NCBI RefSeq assembly: GCF_963921235.1
Contig: NC_086097.1
Span: 236,098,001 to 236,162,000 of the forward strand
Direction of reading: 5' to 3'
Length of the DNA stretch: 64,000 bases
From: Mobula hypostoma
Taxonomy: Eukaryota
The first letter of the stretch is position 1. Each line of letters opens with the position of its first letter. The notes beneath the pieces are model-generated. The model was not told where the DNA came from. It made no database searches and saw nothing but the letters and a program-made list of their open reading frames with translations. The position numbers and the translations under genes were made by a program. Positions 49,542 through 60,790 of the stretch are shown here, in pieces.

Positions 49542-49939
49542 TTCTAAAGGGACATCCTTCTATTCTGAAGCTGTGTGCTCTGGTTGTGGACTCTGACAAA
49601 ACAGGAATTATTCTGTAGATGTTGACTCTAACTAGGCCTTTCAATATTTGATAGGTTTCAATGAGATCCCTCCTAATTCTTCTTAACTCCAGAGAGTGCA
49701 GGCTGAGCGGATGTTCAGCTGCTCTTTTTGTGCTCTCACAGATGGGTTCTACTCTGAAGAAAGCAGGGGTCTATCTTGAACCAATAAAAAATTATTTAGA
49801 GATCATAGTAAGACCAACTCCAGGCAGCTGATAATGAGAAACTGGTTGCTCTCTGTCCTACATTAAAACAATAATTACTCTTTCTAAAGTATTTTCAAAA
49901 AGGTATACAGGGGCACTGGACAGTATCGAAATAAGTTCA

Positions 49940-50832
49940 GAATCAGAATCAGAATCAGGTTTATTATCAACGGTATGTGTCATGAAATTTGCTATCTTAA
50001 CAGCAGTTCAATGCAATACATAATATAGAAGAAGAAAATAATAATAATAATAAGGTAATCAATTACAGTATATGTATGTTGATTACATTAAAAACCATGC
50101 AAAAACAAAGATTATATATATGTGTTCAAAAAAGTGAGGTCGTGTCCAAGTGTTCAATGTCCATTTAGGAATCGGATGACAGAGGGAAAGAAGCTGTTCC
50201 TGAACCGCTGAGTGTGTGCCTTCAGGCTTCTGTACTTCCTACCTGCTCGGTAACAGTGAGAAAAGTGGGTGACGGAGGTCCCTAGTAATGGACGCTGCTT
50301 TTCTGAGACACCACTCCATGAAGATGTCCTCGGTACTTTGTAGACTAGTACCCAAGATGGAGCCAACTAAATTTGTAACCCTCTGCAGCTTCTTTCGTCC
50401 TGTGCTGTAGCCCCCCCATACCAGACAGGAATGTAGCCTGTCAGAATGCTCTCCACATTACTTCTATAGAAGCTTTTGAGTGTATTTGTTGGCATACCAA
50501 ATCTCTTCAAACTTCTAAAAAGTATAGCCGCTGTCTTGCCTTCTTTGTAACTGCATTGATATGTTGGGACCAGGTCAGGTCCTCAGAGATCTTGACACCC
50601 AGGAACTTGAAACTGCTCACTCTCTCCACTTCTGATCCCTCTATGAGGATTGGCATGTGTTTCTTTATCTTATCCTTCCTGAAGTCCACAATCAGCTCTT
50701 TCGTCTTCCTGATGTTGAGTGCCAGGTTGTTGCTGCGGCCCCACTCCACTAGTTGGCATATCTCACTCCTGTATGCCCTCTCACCTCCATCTGAGATTCT
50801 ACCAATAATGGTTGTGTCATTAGCAAGTTCAT
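49940..50832 (-). mobile_element. Rex1/Babar-like LINE 3' fragment
   Basis: (agaatc)n tail; NNLALNIRKTKELIVDFRK...FKFLGVKISEDLTWS; QRFRNSFFPSVIRFLN. Confidence 0.85.
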
Positions 50833-51283
50833 AGAAATTTATTTCTGCATAAAGTCATAAACTAATTCAGCTCCATTATGGGCCTCCACAACATCTAGGA
50901 CATCTTCAAAGTGCGATACCTCAAAAAGGAGGCATCTCTCATTAAGGACTCGCATCACCCAGGGGGCAGGCCCTCTTTTCACATATATATATATATATAC
51001 ATACAAATTTCACAATATATGCTGATGATATTACGTTTGTAAATCTGATTCTGATTTCATTGGCTACAACCCACTGTAATATAAGAAGTGCTACAGAAAT
51101 ACCAAGAGTTATCGCTGTTGCACAAGAGTATTAAACTGAGAGAAACTTTTACTTAAATTTTAACAGTGTTTTGGCAAAGCCTTTTTATGAAACTTCTGTC
51201 TTCTATATGATACACACATATCCAAACCTCTGCTGACCAATGTTATGTTATGTTGCTACCTTTGAAGCTGAGAAAGGTAATTT

Positions 51284-51568
51284 TGTAGCGATGTGCTACA
51301 CACAGCGCTAGAATAACCACACGGAGTCGGTGAGTTAGAGTTGCGATGAAAGAGATTTATTCAAACTTCGCGGCCCGCTTTAAAGCCTTCCCGTTCCCGC
51401 CCTCCCTGGGCGGGACTACTGTGGGGAATGCATATTCCCAGACCCTTTCCGCGCGGGATTTTCCCCCTGCTGGTGAAGATGGCCTGGCGCCCTTTTTGCT
51501 GCCGGCCCTCTGCCTGCGCGCGCTGTTTCGTGAGCCGGTTCGTGGGTGCCAGAATGTGGGTCGCCACA
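51284..51568 (-). repeat. 3' LTR
   Basis: 8 substitutions versus 55374-55658 by manual count; G-run PPT adjacent at 51571-51581. Confidence 0.95.
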
Positions 51569-54500
51569 TAACCCCCCCCCAGAACCCGCGATACCTCCCC
51601 CAATGTCCACAGTCTGGATCGGTCTCTGTTTGGGAGGTCTGCCCCTGCGCCGCGGTGCCTGAGCCTGGACCGGTTGCGCCAAGTCCACATGGGCTGGTTT
51701 GAGTCGGTTCACCGTGAAAACCTCCTCTCTTCCCCCAAAGTCCAGCACGAACGTGGACCCGTTGTTCCTGATCACCTTAAACGGCCCCTCGTAGGGCCGC
51801 TGTAGCGGTGCCCGGTGTCCGCCCCGTCATACAAAAAGAAACTTACAGTGCTGCAGGTCTTTGTGTACGCAGGTCGGGCTCTGTCCGTGCTGTGAAGTGG
51901 GTATGGGGGCCAGGTTACCGAGCCTCTCCCGTAGTCTGTCCAGGACTGCTGTGGGTTCTTCCTCTTGCCCCCTTGGGACTGGTATGAACTCTCCTGGGAC
52001 GACCAGGGGCGCGCCGTACACCAACTCGGCCGACGAGGTGTGTAGATCCTCTTTGGGCGCCGTGCGGATTCCGAGCAGGACCCAGAGAAGTTCGTCCACC
52101 CAGTTAGGCCCCTCCAGGCGGGCCATGAGAGCCGATTTCAGGTGACGGTGGAAGCGCTCCACTAGTCCGTTCGACTGTGGGTGGTAGGCAGTTGTGTGGT
52201 GTAGCTGTGTTCCTAAACGTCTGGCCATAGCCGACCACAGGCTGGAGGTGAACTGGGCGCCCCTGTCGGAGGTAATGTGGGCTGGTACCCCAAAGCGTGC
52301 TACCCAGGTTGCGATCAGTGCTCGGGCGCAGGATTCGGAGGTGGTGTCGCTGAGCGGGACTGCCTCTGGCCATCTGGTGAACCGGTCTATCATAGTTAGG
52401 AGGTACCGCGCTCCTCGTGACACTGGCAGGGGCCCCACGATATCCACATGGATGTGGTCGAACCTCCGGCGGGTGGGTTCGAACCGCTGCGGTGGAGCCT
52501 TGGTGTGCCGCTGCACCTTGGCCGTTTGGCACTGCATGCACGTTTTGGCCCATTCACTGACCTGTTTACGAAGTCCATGCCACACAAACCTGTTGGCGAC
52601 CAGCCGGATGGTTGTCCTGATGGAGGGGTGCGCTAAGTTGTGAATGGATTCGAACACCCGCTGGCGCCAGGCTGCTGGGACGACAGGGCGGGGTTGGCCA
52701 GTAGCTACGTCACATAGTAGGGTCCTCTCACCTGGGCCTACGGGGAGGTCTTGGAGCTGCAAACCGGAGACTGCAGTCCTGTAACTGGGGATCTCAGCGT
52801 CTGCCTGCTGTGCCTCTGCCAGCGCTGCATAGTCCACACCCTGGGACAGGGCCTATATGGTAGGTCTGGAAAGTGCGTCTGCCACAACATTGTTCTTTCC
52901 AGAGACATGCCGGATGTCCGTCGTGTAATCGGAGATGTAGGACAGCTGTCACTGCTGGCGGGACGACCAGGGGTCGGACACCTTAGTGAACGCAAAGGTA
53001 AGCGGTTTGTGGTCTGTGAACGCGGTGAAGGGCCTACCTTCGAAGAAGTATCTGAAATGCCGGATTGCCAGGTATAGTGCCAATAGCTCCCGGTCGAAAG
53101 CACTGTATTTGAGTTCGGGTGGTCGTAGGTGTTTGCTGAAGAACGCCAGGGGTTGCCAGCGACCCTCGATGAGTTGTTCCAGCACTCCACCGACTGCTGT
53201 GTTGGATGCGTCCACCGTGAGGGCAGTAGGAACGTCCGTTCTGGGGTGCACTAGCATCGCGGCGTTTGCCAAGGCTTCTTTGGTTTTAACGAAAGCGGTT
53301 GCGGCCTCTTCGTTCCAGGTAATGTCCTTGCCCTTACCCGACATTAGAGTGCACAAGGGGCGCATGGTTCGGGCTGCTGAGGGGCGGAAACGGTGGTAGA
53401 AATTCACCATACCCACGAATTCCTGCAAGCCTTTGATTGTGTTGGGTCGGGGTAAGTGGCGGACCGCGTCTACCTTGGCGGGTAGCGGGGTTGCCCTGTC
53501 TTTAGTAATCCTGTGGCCCAGGAAGTCGATGGTGTCGAGTCCGAACTGGCATTTGGCTGGATTGATTGTAAGACCGAATTCGCTCAGGCGGGAGTAGAGC
53601 TGGCGGAGGTGGGACAGATGCTCCTGCCGACTACTGCTGGCTATGAGGATGTCGTCCAAATAGATGAATGCAAAGTCCAGGTCGTGTCCCACCGCGTCCA
53701 TTAGCCGCTGGAAAGTCTATGCAGCATTCTTTAGACTAAACGGCATTCGGAGGAATTCGAAAAGTCCGAACGGGGTGATAAGTGCTGTTTTGGGGATGTC
53801 GTCCAGATGTACAGGGATTTGATGGTATCCCCGGATGAGGTCTACCTTGGAAAAGATCCTTGCGCCGTGTAGGTTTACTGCGAAGTCTTGAATGTGCGGC
53901 ACAGGGTAGCGGTCTGGCGTTGTAGCCTCGTTCAGTCTGCGGTAGTCACCGCATGGTCTCCAGCCCCCCGTTGCCTTGGGCACCATGTGAAGAGGGGAGG
54001 CCCATGGGCTGTCGGACCGTCGTATGATCCCTAGTTCCTCCATCTTCTTGAACTCCTCCTTCGCCAGTCGGAGCTTGTCCGGGGGAAGCCTTCGAGCACG
54101 GGCGTGGAGGGGTGGTCCCTGGGTCGGGATGTGGTGCTGTACGCCGTGTCTGGGCATGGCTGCCGTGAACTGCGGTGTCAGTACTGATGGGAAATCCGCC
54201 AGGACCCTGGTGAATTCGTCGTCGGACAGCGTGATGGAGTCCAGGTGTGGGGCTGGCAACTGTGCTTCACCCAGGGAGAACGTTTGAAAAGTCTTGGCGT
54301 GGACTAATCGCTTCCCTTGCAGGTCGACCAGCAGGCTGTGGGCTCGTAGAAAAACCGCCCCCATGAGTGGTTGGGCCACGGCGGCCAGTGTGAAGTCCCA
54401 AGTGAACCGGCTGGAGCTGAAGTGTAGCCGCACCGTGCGGGTGCCGTAGGTTCGTATTGTGCTGCCATTAGCGGTCCTCAGGGTGGGTCCCGGTTCTCTG

Positions 54501-55333
54501 TTGCGGGTGTCGTAACTCGTTGGAGGTAAGACGCTGATCTCCGCTCCGGTGTCGACCAAAAAGCGGCGTCCCGACTGCTTGTCCCAGACGTACAGGAGGC
54601 TGTCCTGATGGCCAGCCGCCGTAGCGATCGGCAGCGGCTGGGCCTTGGCGTTTCCCGGGAATTTGCAGGGTGGTCTGCAGCGACGGGCCTCCGTGCCCCA
54701 CTGCTGGTGGTAGAAACACCATTGTTCGTTGGGCTCCTCACTCCCGTCGCCGGGTTTTGTAGGCTCTGCTGCCGGGCCTGGTCTGGTCTGTTGTTGGGCA
54801 CGCGGCTTGGTGATCTGTGCGACAGGCGCCCCTCTCTCTTTCCTGGCATTCCACAGCACATCTGCTCGGGCCGCCACCTCCCGGGGGTTGCTGAAATCTG
54901 CGTCGGACAGCAGCAGGCATATGTCCTCGGGCAGTTGCTCTAGGAACGCCTGCTCAAACATGAGGCAGGGTTTGTGTCCTTCAGACAGGGTCAGCATCTC
55001 GTTCATTAATGCTGACTGCGGCCTGTCTCCCAAACCATCCAGGTGCATTAAGCGGCGTGCTCGTTCGCGTCATGAGAGTCCGAAAGTGCTTATGAGCAGG
55101 GCTTTGAATGCTGTGTATTTGCCGTCCTCCGGGGGCGACTGTATAAACTCCTCAACTTGTGCAGCACTTTCCTGGTCGAGGGAGCTCAGCACGTAGTAGT
55201 AGCGAGTGGACTCCGAGGTTATCTGCCGAATGTGGAATTGTGCTTCTGCTTGTTCGAACCATAAATGAGGTCGCAGCGTCCAGAAGCTTGGCAGTTTTAA
55301 CGAAACTGCATGAACAGGTGCAGCGTCGGTCAT
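51416..55333 (-). pseudogene. gag-pol: Single-frame gag-pol polyprotein with four in-frame stops
   Basis: Five ORF pieces in one frame; [56 protein letters not shown]; stops at 55070, 53717, 52949, 51827. Confidence 0.93.
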
Positions 55334-55357
55334 CTCTGGTCCAAATATCATTTGGGC

Positions 55358-55371
55358 CGTCGGGGTCACCA
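55358..55371 (-). promoter_or_regulatory. Primer-binding site, tRNA-Trp
   Basis: Minus strand TGGTGACCCCGACG, 2 nt after the 5' LTR; matches the first 14 nt of the tRNA-Trp PBS TGGTGACCCCGACGTGAT. Confidence 0.85.
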
Positions 55372-55373
55372 AC

Positions 55374-55658
55374 TGTAGCGGTGTGCTACACACAGCGCTA
55401 GAATAACCACACGGAGTCGGTGAGTTAGAGTTGCGATGAAAGAGATTTATTCAAACTTCGCGGCCCGCTTTAAAGCCTTCCCGTTCCCGCCCTCCCTGGG
55501 TGGGGCTACTGTGGGGAATGCATATTCCCAGACCCTTTCCGCGCGGGATTTTCCCCCTACTGGTGAAGATGGCCTGGCGCCCTTTTTGCTCCCGGACCTC
55601 TGCCTGTGCGCGCTGTTTCGTGAGCCGGTTCGTGGGTGCCAGAAAGTGGGTCGCCACA
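55374..55658 (-). repeat. 5' LTR
   Basis: Direct repeat of 51284-51568. Confidence 0.95.
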
Positions 55659-58419
55659 ATTTGAAGTTAAAAGAATTATGGCCTGAAGGTCCTGAGCAAA
55701 ATAGCTGTTAATACCCAGAAGAATTCATCTCCTAAATTAATGTCCAATACCCTCGGTAATAATTGCATGAAGGCAGATTTACAACGCCTGTTTCTGTGCT
55801 CAATATGCCAAAGGCATCGTCCCTTCTATTATATATGTATCTCCACAAAATATGCCAAAGGCATATGAACTGCAGCTATCTTAAGATATAATTTTGCACA
55901 AGTGGGTATTGAGTGAGTAAACAAGTATTGTGAGACTGAAAAAAAGCTGAGATGGCTGTTTATTTTTAATGTCACTGATGTGTTACCCAGCAGCAGTAGC
56001 ATAAATTCTCCATGCCATATAATAAAAATATAGAAAAGATCATAACTTTGAATTGACCAATATAAAAGCACACTCAAGAATAATATGGGCTTCCATCTCA
56101 TATTTTTATTTGAAAGTACTTTCCTTGCTTGTTTTCAGAAAGGCATTCGCCTTACAATGTGGAATGAGAATTGAATAGGAGTCATTGGCAAGTTCTCATC
56201 TAGTAGGGGAAAGTATGAAAGCTCCTTGCAGCTGTTTTCATTATGTGTGCATGATAAGTTTCATGAAGAAAGAAGGATTTTACATGAAAGAAATCAGCTG
56301 CTAATATTTATTTTTTGGTAAGTTCCTTGTTCAAAATCTGTCTGGAAATATGAATTTCAAGGAATTTGTAAAGTTGCAATTACAAAGTTAAGAATAGCAA
56401 ACTAGTCAATTATATTTTGCTGTAATAAACTCTGATAATGATGAGATAAAGAGAAGATATCTAGAAATAAGTATTATTGATAGTCAGGCTTCTCTTATTG
56501 AAGAAATTGAAGAATGGCAGAAAGGGTGGCTTGTCTGCTTTGAAGGATACATAGTTCCCATGGGAACACTTAGATTATACAATTCGTGCAAGGGATATGT
56601 AATGAGAAAGGGCTTGGAAAAGACTAAAATGAAAGTATAAATATAATCTAATATTTAGCATTCTTTGTGTGTTAAATCAGTGATGAAAATAAACAAAATT
56701 ACTAACACTAAACCTAGATATAACTATACCATAGACAAATTACTGTAGCATAGCATTTGAATGGTCTACAGCAGAATTACTGTGCTACCTTTCCCAACGG
56801 TGCATTGGTTAATGTAGCTTCTTATTCTCATGCCAAAGTTCCTGGTTCCTTCTAAGCCGAGGCTCTTGGATCTGTTTAATGTTAGCAGATGAGTCTCAAA
56901 ACAACAAATTTCACGACATATGCGAGTGATATTAAAACTGATTCTGATGTTTTTTTTGAGATTCTGGTGGCACAGCGGTGCTACTTCAATTACTATACAT
57001 AGTACTCATCTTTATTACTGAATAAATATTAATATTTGATGTGAGAAAGAAATCTTTAAACCATTTGGAATAATACTCAAGGAATATTGAAATGTCTATG
57101 TCTAATCTAATCTAATCTAAAACTTGGCAAGTTACTAAGTTACCAAACTTCCCTACCGAAATGGTGCCAGTGACCAACAACAATGTTTTATAGGCACTCT
57201 CAAAACTACTAGATATTTAAGTAGACATACTTCCTCTTCTGAACTGCAATTGCTCCATACGCAGTCTGTAATTTCCCTTTTAAGGCTGTACTTTCGAACT
57301 AACTAAACAATCTGGTGCTTTTGCGATCTACTGGAGGATCTAGCGAACTAGAACCTCGCTAGAATGGCCAGGGTGGCTAGGGGAGGGACCCTGCATTACG
57401 GACTGATAGTAGAAGATGGATCCATTACTCCATGCTGATTAAATCATTGAGTCAGATTAAAATCATTGAGGATATTGAGAGGAAAATGAACAGGTGTTCA
57501 GCGGTGTCTATCTGCATTTGACCGGTCTTCCTCTCTTCTCGCTACTACCATTGCAGGAGGTGCAGGCGTCTTTTGTTCCACACCGCCAGGTTCAGGAGCA
57601 GTTGTTGCTCTGCAGCTATTGAGCTCCTGGATGGGCTTCACTTGCCTCAGCACAGAACGGGCTCCACAGCACTGGACTCACTTTCGGGGACTCTGCAGTT
57701 CATGTTCTATGTGCTTTTGTTTACTAATTTTTTAACTACTTGAACGATTTGTCCTCTTTTGCAAATTGAATCTGTGGAGGTCTTGTTGTGTGTGCTTTTT
57801 AGTGAATTTTATTGTGTTTCTTTGATTTGTGAGTGCCTGCAAGAAGATAAGTCTCAAGGTCGCACAATAGTAAATATGAACTTTGAACTTTTGACACAGG
57901 AGGTGTCGGTCAGAATGAGGGAGGGATGGTCGCCTGATATCCCTCGTGTGTTCTTCACTCCAAGTCAATCACATACAAGTTGTGTGCCCTAAGCATGTTT
58001 CCTGATTCCGTTCAGAAGAGTGCAGTATCTCCAGAATCATTGCTGAACTATGCATTCCTGCTGACGTGTGATTTATTCAGAAGTTCTGGCATTCTTCTCA
58101 ATTATTTGGCAAAACACCAAAAAAATCTTCATAGTAACTTAGCCCAGCTATAGCGTACTGATACATGCCTATTTGATATGCTCACAAAATACTGGTCTAA
58201 AGGTTATTACACTGGATACACCAGCCAGTAGAAAACTTTATGATTTTATTGTTAAATCATTTTACAGAGGATAAGAGCAATTTACCCCCAGTAATGCATT
58301 AGGTGAAACTTAGAAGAGTGTCTATTTCACATCATTAGATATATTCATTGCAACATCTATTCCATTACAACTCAGAAGCAGTGAGCTCATATTTGTCTCA
58401 TAATGATGCTAAATATCAC

Positions 58420-58790
58420 CATCTGGTACGCACAAGATTGAAGTATGTTGCATAAAGTTGTAAAATTAGTCAGCTCCATCATGGGTACCAGCCTCCACTG
58501 TATCCAATATATCTTCAACAAGCGGTGTCTCAGCAAGGCGGTATCCGTCATTAAGGAACCCCACCACCCAGGTCATGCCCTCTTCTCATTGTTACGGTCG
58601 GGAAGGAGGTACAGAAGCCCAAAGGTGCACACTCAGTGATTCAGGAACAGCTTCTTCCCCTCTGCCATCCGATTTATAAACCCATGAACACTACCTCACT
58701 GTTTATATCTGTTTCTTCACTACTTATTTTAACTCAGCTATTTAATATACAAATTTCATGGCATATGCCAGTGATAATAAACTCGATTCT
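58420..58790 (+). mobile_element. Rex1/Babar-like LINE 3' end
   Basis: IKEPHHPGHALFSLLRSGRRYRS then FRNSFFP. Confidence 0.75.
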
Positions 58791-59329
58791 GTATAAAACT
58801 GAAAGCGATTACCTATTACTTTGCATCAGATATCTGGAAAGTAGCACGTTGAACTGGTGGGTAAAACACTAGTTTTTGTTGGCTGCAGATCATGGTCTCT
58901 CTTTGGGGGCTTTGCTGTTGCTTGATGGTTGCTGGGTGCTGACGCAGTCTGCTGAATTGAGTGAGAGTGGAGGGGGAAGGCTGATGCTTTGCTGCTGCTC
59001 ATGGGTGGGAGGGCGGAGAGGGGTTTTTTGGGTTCTAATGTTTTTCTGTCATTCATTCTTTGAGGATCTCTTCTCTTTTTGTGGACGTCTGTGAAGAGTA
59101 AAAATCTCAGGATGTAACTGTATACATTCTTTGATATTAAAATGGAACCATTTGATCAATGCAAATGTATTCACCTTCTGATGAAAAAAAAGCCAGTGCA
59201 ATTTAACAGCAACATGAAAATGGCTGACAAATGAGACTTCGAAGCAAACTTATGAATTATTTGTCAATTTTCAAAGGTCTGCAATCATAAGGGCTTGCAG
59301 GGGGTGGGAGTGGAGTGAAGGGACTCAGG

Positions 59330-60790
59330 AAAGGATGGGTGGTAAAATAGTAGGGATAGCATGCAGTCAGACTGTCAGGAAGGCCAGGCAGGTGACAGGA
59401 CTTAGTTACAGCCAACAGGCTGAGTATCAAATCATTAGGGATGCAGACTCAGAAAGGATAGCAAATACAGTACTCAAGGTGTTGTATCTAAATGTGCATA
59501 GTATAAGAAATAAGGTGGATGATCTTTTTGTACTATTACAGATTGCCAGGTATGATGTTGTGGCCATCACTGAATCGTGGATGAATGGTGGTTGTAGTTG
59601 GGAGCTGAATGTCCAAGGTTACACATTATATCAGAGGGAGATGAAGGGAGGCAAAGGGGGTGGCGTGGCTCTACTAATAAAGAATGGTATCAAATCAGTA
59701 GAAAGATGTGACATAGGATTGGAAGATGTTGAATCCTTGTAGATTGAGTTAAGAAACTGCAAGGGTAAAAGGGTGTTGATAGCAGTTACATACAGGCCTC
59801 CCAACAGTGACTGCCACAAATTACAACAGGAAATAGAAAAAGGCGAGTCAAAAAGGCAAAGTTATGGTAGTCACGGGAGATTTTAACATGCAGGTCAATT
59901 GGGAAAATTAGGTTGGTAATGGATCTCAAAAGAGTGAGTTTGGTGTATGCCTAAGAGGTGGTTTTTAGAACAGTTTAATTTTGAGCCTATTAGGGGAGCA
60001 GCTATACTGGATTGAGTGTTATGTAATGAACCAGAGGTGATTAGGGAGCTTAAGGTAAAAGAACTCTTAGGAACCAGTGATCACAATATGATTGAGTTCA
60101 ACTTGAAATTTGATACGCAGAAAGTAAATTCTGATGTAGCAGTATTTCAGTGGAGTAAGGGAAATTACAGTGGTATGAGAGAGGAATTGGTCAAAGTAAA
60201 TTGGAAGAAGCTGCTGGCAAGGATGTCAACAGAGCGGAAATGGTGTGCATTTCTCAGAAAAATGAGGAATGTGCAGGACAAATGTATTCCAGAAATGAAG
60301 AAATACACAAATGGTAAAATAGTACAACCATGGCTGACAAGGGAGGTCAGAGCTATTGTAAAAGTAAAAGAAAGGGCATACAACAAAGCAAAAACTTAGT
60401 GGGAAGATACAGGATTTGGTAGTTTTTAAAAACCTACAGAGAGCAACTAAAATTATATCATTAGAAAGGAAAAGATGTAATATGAAAGCAGCTAGCAAAT
60501 AATATCAAAGTGGATAGTGAAAGTTTTTTCAAGTATGTTAAAAATAGAAGAGAAATGAGAATGGATATAGGACCAGCAGAAAATGAGGCAGGAGAAATAA
60601 TAACAGTGGACAAGGAGATGGCTGATGAACTAAATGAGTATTTTGCATCAGTCTTCACTGTGGAGGAAACTAGCAGTATGCCTGATGTTGTAGTGTGTGA
60701 AGGAAGAGAAGTGGGTGCAGTTACTGTTACGAGAGAGAAGGTGCTCAGAAAGCTGAAAGACCTAAAGGTACATAAGTCACCCAGACCTGA
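59330..60790 (+). mobile_element. CR1 ORF2 N-terminal fragment (endonuclease and linker)
   Basis: LYLNVHSIRNK, VAITESW, SDHNMIEF, LNEYFASVFT, KSPRP. Confidence 0.88.

Larger units (their letters stand above)
51284..55658 (-). mobile_element. Full-length Ty3/Gypsy LTR retrotransposon
   Basis: 285-bp TG..CA LTRs, 4-bp TSD ATTT, PBS, PPT, gag-PR-RT-RH-IN order. Confidence 0.95.

Noticed and set aside
52104..55196. Many overlapping antisense and alternative-frame ORFs
   Set aside because: Shadow ORFs of a GC-rich gag-pol region
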